A stretch of DNA of 64,000 nt from Mizuhopecten yessoensis (taxonomy: Eukaryota): NCBI RefSeq assembly GCF_002113885.1, contig NW_018403786.1, forward strand, positions 1,329,729 through 1,393,728. The letters run 5' to 3'. Shown here piece after piece: positions 1 through 14,100 of this stretch (within the stretch, counting starts at the first letter, position 1; every line of letters starts with the position of its first letter). The notes below the pieces were generated by a model. It had not been told where the DNA came from, ran no database searches, and saw only the letters and a program-made list of their open reading frames with translations. Both the position numbers and the translations under genes were made by a program.

Positions 1-1539
1 GCAAGGTTCATGGCCTTCGGATACAGGTGAAGGTCACAATAATATGTCAAAGGTCAAATGGCTATCGCATACACTTGTAACTCGACCTCCGATTGGCTTA
101 ATATATGGCGATGACACCCCGTAAGCACATGTACCACTATCATGGCCCTAGAACACAGTCCATGGGGACAATAAAAGGTTAATTTAAAGCTGTTGAACTA
201 CAATTCGTGTCTGGACCACAACTTCGGATACGCTTAAGATATGTTGATATAACTTTGTTAATAAATTAACGAACACTAGATGGCGGTTACTCTAAATTAC
301 CATGTTCATATCTGTTAATCAGAGGACAAAGCGAACTCCAAGGGATCAAATGTAAACGAGTTGTTTTTGTTTTGACAGTTACCTCTTAACTTCTGAATAT
401 TTTTTGATGAAACTAACTTCATAATTCGATGTATAATGCCCACAAAATGTATATATGTATGTTTTTGCTCTTATGTCAGAGTCGCTTTGGCATGGGGACA
501 AAGATAAAATTAGCCGGATCACTGTTTACCCCCGATAAATATATTTTAGACGGCTGAACACATATGCTTTGATACAAAATCATAGTTTACATCGATGCAT
601 AATCACTGAATTATGTGACGCGTATATTTCGTATCGTTATCCAAAAGGAGACCAGGGTCATCTAAAATTCGGGATCGGTCGGCACCTCCCATAAACGAGT
701 AGGTTCCTGATTGGTAGCTAGGAGAGGCTTCAATTGCACCTAGTTTATGAAACACGGACGTAATATGACTAGATGACCCGATAATGTACGTGTATCGTAT
801 CAGGATTGGACAATATCGTGGTAGTGGACATTGTTTTGTATCGAAATGTCGTTACGTTACCAGACAATGTAACGTAGTTAGGACATGTATCGCATAATGC
901 TTTCTTATCGAGAGTTGATTTCAACTTACAGAAATGTATTTTACTTTGAACACATCAATTTAGATCCAAACACAGCTGCATGATTTAACAAGTTCTCGCG
1001 GGTCCCTAGCTGTGCAATGGTGTAGAAAACTGAAAGGTGTCATATGTCACAGTCTGGTTTCCGGTGTCGGCTATTTTTCGGTAATATTAACAAAAGCCTC
1101 CAAAATTGCATTAGCTTATTAGTTACACTCGAAAACAAGCATTCTCTATTACTATCGCAACACCAGAGGCCTGTTCGTTGATGTGGACCCACACTTTTGT
1201 CTATTTAAAATGCGATATTTCAATGACAAAACCTGATGACAGACCAGCAAATGATATTGCAGGCCTTCAATGTCTTTGCCAAAGATCGTTAGAAAGCAAC
1301 AACAAAACACTAGGTGTCTTTATTTCATAAACGATCTCCGGTCTGCCCTGTCGAACCATTTGGAACGCTCGACCCGCCAATACCGTAGCACATGTACTAC
1401 CTAAGGGGAAGTAACGCGTACTCAGTACAAGTCCTAGTGATTTGCCAGCTGTTTAGAACGGTTTCAACGGAACAAACGCTGTCCTCTCCCTTATGTTCAC
1501 CTGCCAATTAACGACCTGCAGGACACCGACTCGATCCCA

Positions 1540-3605
1540 ACCCTCCAACAAATGGAAGGACCCGACTCGAACTCTCAAACAACAACAAATGGAAGGACCC
1601 GACTCGAAGCCCCAAAACAACAACAAATGGAAGGACCCGACCCGAACCCCCAAACAACAACAAATAGAAGGACCCGAACCGAACCCACATACAACAAGGA
1701 CCCGACCCGAACCCACAAACAACAACAAATAGAAGGACATGACCCGAACCCACAAACAACAAGGACCCGACCCGTACCCACAAACAACAAGGACCCGACA
1801 CGAACCCACAAACAACAACAAATAGAAGGATCCGACCCGAAACCACAAACAACAACAAATAGAAGGACCCGACCCCAACCCTCAAACAACAACAAATAGA
1901 AGGACCCGACCCGACCCCACAAACAACAACAAATAGAAGGATCCGACCCTAACCCACAAACAACAACAAATAGAAGGACCCGACCCCACAAACAACAACA
2001 AATAGAAGGACCAGACCCGAACCCACAAACAACAACAAAGAGAAGGACCCGACCCCACAAACAACAACAAATAGAAGGATCCGACCCGAAACCACAAACA
2101 ACAACAAATAGAAGGACCCGACCCGAACCCCCAAACAACAACAAATGGAAGGACCCGACCCGAACCCCCAAACAACAACAAATGGAAGGACCCGAACCGA
2201 ACCCACATACAACAAGGACCCGACACGAACCCACAAACAACAACAAATAGAAGGATCCGACCCTAACCCACAAACAACAACAAATAGAAGGACCCGACCC
2301 CACAAACAACAACAAATAGAAGGACCCGACCCCAACCCACAAACAACAACAAATTTAAGAACTCGACCCGAACCCACAAACAACAAGGACCCGGCCCGAA
2401 CCCACAAACAACAAAGACCCAACCCCAACCCACAAACAACAAGGATCCGACCCCAACCCTCAAACAACAACAAATAGAAGGACCCGACCCGAACCCACAA
2501 ACAACAAGGACCAGAACCCAACCCACAAACAACAAGGACCCGACCCGAACCCACGAACAACAAGGACCTGACCCCAACCCACAAACAAGAAGGACTCGAC
2601 CGCAACCCACAAACAACAACAAATATAAGGACTCAGGACCCGACTCGAACTCTCAAACAACAACAAATGGAAGGTCCCGACTCGAAGCCCCAAAACAACA
2701 ACAAATGGAAGGACCCGACCCGAACCCCCAAACAACAACAAATAGAAGGACCCCACCCGAACCCCCAAACAACAACAAATAGAAGGCCCCGAACCGAACC
2801 CACATACAACAAGGACCCGACACGAACCCACAAACAACAACAAATAGAAGGATCCGACCCGAAACCACAAACAACAACAAATAGAAGGACCCGACCCCAC
2901 AAACAACAACAAATAGAAGGACCCCACCCGAACCCACAAACAACAACAAATAGAGGGACCCGACCCGAACCCACACACAACAACAAATAGAAGGACCAGA
3001 CCCGAACCCACAAACAAAAAGGACCCGACCCGTACCCACAAACAACAAGGACCCGACCCGTACCCACAAACAACAAGGACCCGACACGAACCCACAAACA
3101 ACAACAAATAGAAGGATCCGACCCGACCCCACAAACAACAACAAATAGAAGGACAGGACCCGAACCCACAAACAACAAGGACCCGACCCGAACCCATAAA
3201 CAACATGGACCTGACCCCAACCCACAAACAACAACAACAAGGACCCGACCCGAACCCAAAAACAACAAGGACCTGACCCCAACCCACAAACAAGAAGGAC
3301 TCGACCCCAACCCACAAACAACAACAAATATAAGGACTCGACCCGAACCCACAAACAACAACAACAAGGACCCGACCCCAGCCCAAAAACAACAAGGACC
3401 TGCCCCCACCCCACAAACAAGAAGGACCCGACCCCAACCCGCAAACAACAAGGACCCGACCCCAAACCACAAAAAACAAGGACCCGACCCCAACCCACAA
3501 ACAACAAGGACCCGACCCCAGACCACAAACAACAAGGACCCGATCCCAACCCACAAACAACAAGGACCCAACCCCAACCCACAAACAACAAAAAATAGAA
3601 GGACT
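1540..3605. repeat. Tandem minisatellite with mixed ~37-bp and ~29-bp units (aacaacaacaaatagaaggacccgacccgaacccaca and shorter variants)
   Basis: Units visible directly. Plus strand is A/C-rich and nearly T-free. A distinctive variant block at ~1560 recurs at ~2640. Confidence 0.95.
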
Positions 3606-6600
3606 ATCGACAAACTTTCAATAATTTTTCAAAACATTTTATTGATATATTTATGTACACGTGTTTGCATCAGGGAATATAACATGTGATTCAAAAAGTC
3701 TAACCACGATTTTGATTTTTAACCAACGTCATACTAGAAAACTATATGTATACAAACAAGGAACATATTCTATATACGCATTAGCAATATCTGCACCACG
3801 TTTCTAAAACGTGCCTGCACAAAAAAGTGTTCTAAAAACAGTTTAGCGAATTTCAATTTTGTTTTCATCCCATGATATATGACGATTATACAAAGTCGAC
3901 CAGTAAAATATACTACATATAATAAGAATACATAATTCCCACAGCTTCATTCAGAAATTGCTTGAACAATTTATGCCGCAAAAAAAAAATTGAAAGTAAT
4001 TAAAACAATTATTTGTTTTCATTGACAACTTAATTGCTACGGTTATAAAAACCTCAAGCTAAAATATATTATTTAAAAAAATTAATAAGGATAATTAATC
4101 TGAAATCATTGCCAATAAAATCCAACTTAACGCTCTAGGTTTAGTCTTTTATTTGAAGAAATAACTTTCCTTCATTATTGCAAGAGTTCTAATAAAACAT
4201 ATACATAAAAAATACTGGACTATCTGTCCAAGGTTATCAGTCTCCAGGATAGTTAACATTGTAGACTTCCCTCATATAGAACAATAGGATATATTACTAG
4301 TAACCATGGGTTCACTTCACGTTATGGTTAAAACTCATTTAAGAATAATCAAACAAGACTAAGCAGGAACTGGAAACACAATCGTCTCTTTTAAAGTTTT
4401 AAACAAATTAAAATGCCTTTAAAATGCCTTTAAAAATGCCTTGATTACAATTAGTCCTCCAAGTTATTAATTCTAAAATATAGCACATTTTTTGATAAGA
4501 AAATTGCTCTTTGTTTAAGGTACATACATAATAAGTACTTTGAAAACATTAATTTGTAGAAAATTAAATTGTGTTTGTAATTTAAGTCTGATGAAAGGAA
4601 TAATTTTCGTAAAAAAAACAACAAGAAAAATTAATGTATAAAAGTGATTTAAGAAATGTGCATGTACACCTTACTAAATAGACTATTGAAAAGCGAAAAT
4701 ATATGAAGACTATACATCCTACAAAAGCACACAGTACACTGCTATACATATTGCACATTAAACCATGATAACATAAGTAACATTAAAGTCCAAATCATAC
4801 CTGTGGGGGTACATGTAAATTATAAGTGCTCCTTTCAAACGAGTTTTTATTTTGAAAAACAAAGTTTCAGTAAAATTGAGTGATCAACATTGATGTCAGT
4901 ATAAACAATAGTCTGGGTATCTAAGTCTTCTGTATAAAACTCAGCAGTACCTTGATAAATGATAACAAACACAAATATTACAAAGTCAGTTAGTGATATA
5001 ATACTGTTTCTAGGACATTTTGTGCTTCTGACAAAAAGAAAACAAATATAAAAGACATTATGCAGACAAGAAGTGATCCAAGCTTGAGGTCTAAAAGAAC
5101 CTACCGGGTACATATACATTGCTTTTCAACGGCAGAAACAACAATGAACATTTTTATGGTAAATGAGAAAAATTTACTGGGCAGACACACGAATCAGTGG
5201 TCAAAAGTGATTCAGCCCTAAAATGTTACCCTTCATTTACCTAAACATAGACAGGAATTGTAACAGTTGTTATCATTGTTTACAAAAGCAGCTGAGAATT
5301 ATAATGTATAAAGCGGATTGTCTTTTTTTTGTATTAAATGTGGAATACATCACATCTCCAAATCATTCTTCAATTAGTTTAATGCCAGGCAGTCTCAAAA
5401 TGGATTATTAAAAGAAAGTCTGGAACACTACATAAACTTATACCAGAATACCAAAACATAGGTTATTACAGGTACAAACACCAAATTACTCCAGTCAACC
5501 AAGCCGTGTTGAGATGGCAATGTTCCCACCTTTATTTACCAGCCAATCAAGTTGTGTACAAGTTCAACAAACTGTTATAAAAAAGAAACACAATTTTTTT
5601 TAAACCTGGAGCAAAAATAACTACATTGAGAATACATGGTGTTATCACTTCACCAATATTGTATTTAAGATTATGTGGTATTATTACAGTACCAGTACAT
5701 TTTTTACCTAAAATACGCCCATATTTAGCTTGAATTGCGTACCGTACATTTATAACATATTAAAACAGGGATCATATATACATCGACATATACGTATACC
5801 TCCATTGTCAAAAAATTCAGATCAACAATCAAAATCCATTCCTTCTATATCCTGACTCAGATTACCGGGATTATTTCAGGTAAAACAATTAAGACAGGTA
5901 AATCAATATTTACCTGCCAGGTAAGTTATAAAACACATTAATATGTGTGATAATTATAACAGCTACAGAAGTGATTTATATTTTGCTCTACAGTTGAAGC
6001 TTCATCAATTACGGTAAATAAATTATAGTACTGTATTTTTCTGTATAAAGTGTATTCTTTGCTGTATATATATATTTTTTAACTGAACAGAGTGCATTGT
6101 CTTATATTTAATGTAAACAGTGTATGGTACTGACTGTAGAAACTTTAGATTTCATTTTTTTTTACTGTATATGAAATATGTTGTATTTAATGTACTGTAT
6201 TCACTGTATAGTGTATTATTTTTATTATATACAGTATATTGTATTCACTGAACAGATTTTATTGTATATATATATGCTCATTGTATTACTCTATCCATTG
6301 TTTTGTAACATCCTTCCTGAAATCGTACATCCTGTCAATAATTTTATACATGATAATAAAGTACAAATAACAACATATCAAATCCTCACAAACTCAATAT
6401 CTTTACAATGTTTTGATTTTTAGTACAAAACTAAATATCACTGCAGCGTCTCAAACAGAATTTGACACATCCTGCATTTTGGCAAATTGGTAACAATAAG
6501 TTTTAGTGTAATCTAAAAGACAGCAAACATGTCTTTTGAAAAATATTTTTCTAAAACATATGGTTATATAGTCACCGACCTTGTTATCACCTTTAATAAA

Positions 6601-7219
6601 ATATTGTACAAAATCTGGTAGTCGCATATTTTATCTTGCCAGTATTTTGTATAGAAATATCTAAAAAAGAATGAAGCTGTCCAGATGTGCATATCCAAGA
6701 TGTAAAAAAAAGTCTTCAGATATTTATTTTACACATTGTTATACCAAAATAAAAATAAGTGCTCAGTGTTTGTGGATTAGCCGGGTACTTACTATGGGAC
6801 TGTAGTAGTAAACCAGTTGTAAACAGACTGACTATTCGGGCTTACACAAGTTACCCTGTACTCATAAAAGTTACTCAGTGTTTCAAAATTATCTCCCTGC
6901 GCCAGTACATCAAGCTGTCGCAGTTCAACTGCAAATTTTAACCAGAAAGTGACCTCCAACACATCTGACAAAGCAGCAAGAAATTGTACCTAATGTATTA
7001 CATATATACTGTTGGAGTAAAATAACAACAACTCCATTAATTAATTGACAGACCTGAAAAAACGGAAATGGCATATGATGCTTTCAGATTTGAAATTTAC
7101 CATTTCTAAACATCAGTAACTACCTGCATGATTTGTACATAACCAAAAAGCTTTGATGTTTCTCATGATTATAACGATGTATCATTCGAATCATGTTTGT
7201 AAATAATTCTTGACTTAAT

Positions 7220-7456
7220 TAATAATAATAATTAGAGGTTTTTATATACCGCTTTATCACAACCTTGTTCGTAGGTCGTCTCAAAGCGGTTCACAAATTA
7301 TTATCTGTGGTTATAGGGCCTTTGCAACCAGCCAATACCTTTCTCAACTCCCAGGGGAGCATACAGCCGGAGCTGCCATTTCGGCGCTAACAGCTAGCAT
7401 TCAACCATTCTAGCACTGCCAAACCACATACTCATTTACAGCTGAGTAGACTGGAA
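7220..7456 (-). mobile_element. 5'-truncated SINE, same family as 57258-57605
   Basis: Aligns by eye with 57260-57492 (gtaggtcgtctcaaagcggttcacaaattat ... gctgccatttcggcgct ... gagtagactggaa). Has an (aat)n tail and lacks the tRNA head. Confidence 0.85.
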
Positions 7457-8148
7457 TCTTGTATTATTTGTTTTTTTGTGACTCATGATTTAATCACACA
7501 AATTATGATTTCAATGGCATATAATAATTAAACACAAACATTTTTAATCACCTATTAATCACCTAGGATTTTAATCCCCTATGGTTTTAACCACATATAG
7601 ATAATGTATAATTTACAAAATTAGTACAGTTCACAAGACCGCCATTCAAGTGATTTTATCAACTCAAAACTACAAGTACATATCACTAATACACATGTTA
7701 TAATAGGGTGAGACATCTTTTGAAATCAAGTTTCCATAATTTCTTTCAATATAATTATTCAGCTCATCACAAAGATAAATCACAGATAGTTACATCTTTT
7801 ATGACCCTGATTTTTTTAAAGAAATTAATCAAATACATATAAACTTATCAATTATTTTTTCAATTTTTTAGTATTTATCTAATGACTTCAAAAGAGGTTT
7901 AAAATACTCCAAAATTGTAATGTATCAAAAAAACCAAGACAGGGTCACTGATTCTGATACAAAATGTACTAAAATTATTACACTCATGGGTTATTTAAAG
8001 TCTATCATAAAAAGCCAGGTCATCATTCTAAAATAAAAAGTAATTTTGAGAAAACAAAGTTCAAATTTTCCCCAAACCAGGGCATTACAATATCAAACAG
8101 CTGCTTCTTTCGACTTCTCAATCTTTCCAGGAAACGGAGATGTCTGCA

Positions 8149-11100
8149 TCACTTCTCTGAGTATGGGGGTGGCTGTACCATTCCTCCATACGGCTGAGGG
8201 GGATAGGGCTGGTTTGGGGGTGGAGGGTAAGATTGGTCCTGGGGCGGAGGGTAGTACGGCATATCTTGCATGTATGGAGCAGGCGGAGGAGGTGGTGCTG
8301 AAATAGAGATATTACAACCACGTTTATAACAACCATGTTTATAATAATTTGTGTCAAATTCCCTGGGGATACACTAGGAGTTTTTTCATGGCTGGTTTTA
8401 CTGTACTGTATAAATAACGGGAAGTTATAAGGATGTCACAATATCTAGGATCAATCTAGACTTGATTCACTATTCAAAATTCCCCTATTTCAACAAGGAA
8501 ACAGCGGATTCAAAATATTTCCCCTATATGTTTTCTATAAAGTTCAACAGTTAAAATGCATAATACTGCATATATACATTTTCTTCACATAATTTAAACA
8601 AACAGTCTACAATTTTAAGCTTAAAATTGTTTATAAATTGAAATATACTGCACACATGTATGTCGGACAAAACATTTATCTTTTACCTTCATGATGCTAT
8701 GGCCTTGTATTTAAATTTTTAATTTCCCCCAAATCTGAAAAAGGGTCGATTCCCCTAAAACCTAGATTGATCTATACATTTCAATACAGAAGTGAAGGAA
8801 TCTAGTGCAATACATGTATATACAAACCAAATATCAATGGATCACACGGATGTAAGATTTTTGTTAAAGCAACTAGTTTAAATTTATTACGAAATGTTAA
8901 CTGATTGACACGACTAGCTAGTAAAAGACTATTAATGGTTATCAGCATATCTGTTAGAATGTTTAATAATTTGATGGTTTTAAAAAACACCTAGCTAGCA
9001 GATACATAAAAAGAAGTAAAATATTGCGAAACAATTCAACAATATTTCATTTCTGTATAAGTATTGCAATATGATACAAGAGGCCCAGAGGGCCTGTATC
9101 GCTCAACTGGATACCTAAGCAATCATGGCAAACTATTCTCCAAATGAGATCAAGGGAATATGCCAGACCCAAAGGCCAATCCTTGTAGCATAGCTATATT
9201 GGATTTTTCATGCCCAGCAATTTTATGAATGGTTATGAGGTGGGGATCTCAACTGTTTCCAAGCTTTGACTCAGAAACTAGGTCCCTAGAGTTGTGGCCA
9301 GACCCCAGGATCGATTCTAATATCGTGACTGCATTTGTCTCTTTTTGCCAAGCATTTGTATATATAGTTTTGGGGTGGGGATCTCAACCGTTTCAAAGTT
9401 ATGACCCAGGGGCCAAGTCTGCAAGGGTGGGGCAGACCCTGGGATCAATTCTAATGTCATGACTGCATTCGTCTCTTTATGCCCAACAATTGTATATATA
9501 GTTTTGGGGTGGGGATATTAACCATTTCAAAGTTATGACCCAGGGGTTAAGTCTCCAAGGGTGGGGCAGTCCCCAAGGCCAACCTGGAAGCATATGTGCA
9601 ATCATCTCTTTATACTCAGCAATTGTATATATACGGTTATAGGGTGGGGCTCTCAACTGTTTCCAAGCTGTGACTAAGAAACTAGGTCCCTAGGGGTTCG
9701 GTCAGACCCCAGGGTCTATTCTGATATCATGATTGCATTCGTCTCTTTATGCCCAGCATTTGTATATATAGTTTTGGGGTGGGGATCTCAACCGTTTTAA
9801 AGTTATGGCCCAGGGACTATGTCTCCAAGGGTGGGGCCAGACCCTAGGGACATCCTGGAAGCAAATGTGCATTCTTCTCTTTATACTCAGCAATTGTATA
9901 TATGGTTATATGGTGGGGATCTCAACCATTTCCAAGTAATACATTTTATTGGCCCCACCCCTTAGCCCGGGGGGTCAGCCCCACCATTTGTACAATTTTG
10001 AATCCCTGCCTCCCATGAATACTTCCGACCAAATATGATCAATATCCATGGCATAGTTCTGCAGAAGAAGTCATTTATAGCAATATAACCAAATTGCCCC
10101 CTTTTGGCCCCGCCCCTCAGCCCCCTGGGGGGTCAGCCCAACCGTTTGTACAATTTTGAATCTCCACCACCTAGAGATGCTTCCAGTCAAATAAGGTTGA
10201 TATCCATCACTTAGTTCCAGAGAAGAAGTCACTTAAAGCAGTATAGCCAAATACCCTTTTTGGCCCTGCCCCTCAGCCCCCTGGGGGGTCAGCCACACCA
10301 TTTGTACAATTTTAAATCCCTGCCTCCCAGGAATGCTTTTGATCAAATATGATTGATATCCAGTGCACAGTTCTACAGAAGAAGTCGTTTGTAGCAATAT
10401 AGCCAAATTGCCCCCTTTTGGCCCCGCCCCTTAGCCCCCTGGGGAGTCAGCCCCACCATTTGTACAATTTTTAATCACCACCACCTAGGGATGCTTCCAG
10501 TCAAATATGGTTGATATCCACTTCTTAGTTCCAGAGAAGAAGTCGCTTAAAGCAGTATAGCCAAATACCCTTTTTGGCCCTGCCCCTCAGCCCCCTGGGG
10601 GGTTAGCCCCACCATTTGTACAATTTTAAATCCCTGCCTCCCAGGAATGCTTTTGATCAAATATGATTGATATCCAGTGCACAGTTCTACAGAAGAAGCA
10701 GCAATATAGCCAAATAAGCCCCCTGGGGAGTCAGCCACAACATTTGTACATTTTTTAATCATCACCACCTAGGGATGCTTCCAGTCAAATATGGTTGATA
10801 TCCACTTCTTAGTTCCAGAGATGAAGTCGCTTAAAGCAATATGGGCAAATTGACCCCTTTTGGCCCAGCCCCTCAGCCCCCTGGGGGGTCAGCCCCACCA
10901 TTTAAACAATTTTGAATCCCCACCACCTAGGGATGCTTCCAGTCAAATTTAGTTTAATTCCAACCAGTGGTTAAGAAGAAGTCGTTTAAAGAAATTGTTG
11001 ACTACGGACGGACGACGGACGCCACGGTTTCTTAAATACAAATGTACCATTGTTTGTAATGATATCTCAATTATATATAGGTACCACTGTTTACAAGGTT

Positions 11101-14100
11101 TTCTGTGCAATGTTTAGTTGACCTTTTAAAAACTCAAACACAAACACACAAAATCAATTGGAAACCTTGCACAACACTCTTAAGCCAAAATGTTTGATAA
11201 ATATTTCAATCTCTTTTATATTTCTTTACCTGAGGGTTCCAGCTTAGAGCCTTGATTCTGAAGGGGATATCCATGAGCCATGTTCTGTGGGGGATACCCT
11301 GGTGATGTCCCCTGATGAGGAGGAGCCATCTGTGCAGCAGGTGCACATGGTGCTGGGGAGGTGGTCTGGTATCCAGGGTAACCCCCAGGGGCCTGGGCTG
11401 GGTACTGGGGAGGTTGGTTTCGTTGTTGGGTGATGACAGTAGTAGTCGTCGTGGTAACTGGTGTTGATCGGTACACATGACCTTGAGACCTTCTTCCTCT
11501 ACAGCAGCAGCAACAAATAATGAGCGTTACCACGATGATTCCACCGACTATAAGTGCAACAATGATTCCGATCGTGACAGTCACCGACATGGCTGTGTCA
11601 TGAATTGTTTCTGTTTGCTCGACAGTGTAATCCACGTCATTGTCTGTAAAAAACCAGGAAGGATTAATACTCCACAGCCATCATTTGATTTTATACATTG
11701 TATATAAACAATGAGACCAAACACTAATGTCAGTAAAAATGCACAATGTCATTATGTTGTCTTTGTTCATTTCCTTTTTATTTGATAATCATAATGCTGT
11801 ATAAAATGGCATATAAAAAGATGTAAAAACAACAAGAGCTGTAGGAGAACAGCATAGCTCGTCAATTAAAATTATTTTTGTAAAAAATGCTAATAGTAAT
11901 TGGGCCATTACAGGATGTCCCATTTTAGATAATAGATCAGGAAACTAGAACTACATTTTTGATGTCCCTAGGGGTCATATGAAAACTCTGAAAGTTTGGT
12001 GCACTTCCCCATACATATATCTACCATGTCTAAAAGTTTTTAAGTTCTTCTTCAAACATTGTAGAAAAAGTTAGTTTACCCTTTATCCCTTAAGTCCCGC
12101 TCATCTGTCCCCTTGGAGGTCAGGGACTTTATTTGTACAATATTGAATCCCTTTCCCCTAAGGATGCTTCCTGCCAAATTTGGTTGAAATCTGTCTGGTA
12201 GTTTCAAAAGAACTAGAACTTGCCCCAAAACTTTACATGTAACCTGTAGAACTTGCCCAAAAACTTTAACCAATTCCAAAAGACTTGTGTTTCGGACCAA
12301 TAATTAGCAAATATGGTCCAATTTGTTGCTAAGGAACCCCCAAGCAATTGCTGTAACCATATTACAATGTAAAATTAATTTAAAGTTGAGTTAAACACCA
12401 AAACACAGCTTGCCCAAAAACTTTAACCAAGTGGTACACTGACGCCGTGGGTACTGCTATAGTCCCCCATTCTTCGAATAGACGAGCTAAAATGTTAGAC
12501 AGTAGAATATTACACTTTTATAGACTGAATATGTTTGGGGCAATAAACAACAGTAAAAGGACCTTCGACAAAAACAAAATCAGCTACCGGTACATCAAAA
12601 ATGAAAAAAATACCAACACTGTAATACCGGCAGAAAATTTAATAGTACCGGTACATATACTACTTAAAACCAATCAACAGAAATTACAACACCAATCATA
12701 AGCTTCAGTCCAATCATGTTTCCTGTAATATGAATCTTGCTTATCTTTGTACTTATATTTTGTCGGATAAAGAGTTAGATATGTTTTGTCCCTGACCCTC
12801 TTTAGAAGGGTCGAAATCAGAATCATTTGTGACCAAGGCCAGAGTCATGAACCCACTATAGGAATATGCAGGGAGTCATTTAAGGGGCAAAGGACAATTC
12901 GTCCCATTTCAATATAGTTTCAATTATTATAAGTATTATTAAATGTTTAACGGCCCATCAACAAAAGATAGGTCAACAGGGCCAACAAATCATCGAACAA
13001 TATAGTTTTAAAGAGTTTTACTGTTTCACTGTTCTACACTGATGAATGAAAGGCATTCTTGTCCATGTTTTGATAATAAGGTATCATATTTACTATAACA
13101 TTAAGGTCAGCACCAACACTAGTACTAGATCAGACCCTACAGGTTCAAACTACATTTTAGCTTATTGCATTCATTTTGAGATGAATTATTGAGTAGTTTA
13201 CACAAATATATTCTATAGTAAGGCCAATGGGATATGTTTTACAATGTAACACTTGTAACCGAGGCGGTACATATGTACCAGTGTTTGACCACAGGGGTTT
13301 GTGCTATACTGTTATGGGTCGCAGCACACATAAACATGGTTATGTGTGCTGTGACCCATATCAGTATCGTATTGTGTGTTTCAGACATTTGTAACAAACA
13401 AACCTGAACCTGAAAAAAATCTTCAGGCGCAGATCTGAACCGAGGCCGACCTCAGGAATATTCGGCATGAGTAGATTGAGGGGTCCAGACCTGCCTGACC
13501 GAAACTAAAATGCTGACTATTGCTAGTTTGCGTTATTTCTTTCTAAAACAATGTCAATCCAGATGCAGATTTTAAGAAAGTTATATAATTTAGTGGACGA
13601 GTGAAAGGACATAATAGTCATATTATTCTTGATATATTGTTATTTATTCTCCGAAACTGCATACTGGCCAACTTTTTGAGATTTCCATGGGGGAGATTCT
13701 GCACTATCAAATTTAAAACCTTATTAAAATGTGTGTACATACCCTCTAGAGACAAAATAACCCTTTAAAATGACATGTTTTGCGTTGTTCTCTCAGTTAA
13801 AATCATTATATCTTAGAATATAGGAATAGTTTAGCAATTTCACTGGTTGAATACGCTAAATTTAAGGGTAAAAAATGTTGAGTCTCCCTCCTAAATAGGG
13901 AGGGTTGGCAAGTATTAAACTGCATTTTTTAGCTCTGCCTACAGTTCGGTCCAAGTACCTTCGTTTATCATGGAATATTTCTGCACCACCTGAACCGTTT
14001 CAACCGGGACACGGGAACGCGACCCAGACCTCTGTTACATTGTTATCTTGTCCTGAGAAAGGCCCACATAGCAATCCAAAATGTGTAGGCAAATGTCAAG

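Noticed and set aside
1-1450. Possible transposon remnant or promoter
   Set aside because: CpG-richer than average, but no ORF, termini or in-window second copy to support a call.
1540-3605. CRISPR-like repeat array (also considered for 27.5, 30-33 and 33.4-35 kb)
   Set aside because: Units are head-to-tail with no unique spacers, there are no cas genes, and the context is eukaryotic.
1453-3613. Many long overlapping ORFs (up to 374 aa)
   Set aside because: Products of a stop-poor minisatellite, open in several frames on both strands, with no splice or domain support.
8118-8357. 79-aa ORF from the track
   Set aside because: Wrong frame. The real coding frame is the Pro-rich terminal exon 8297-8149.
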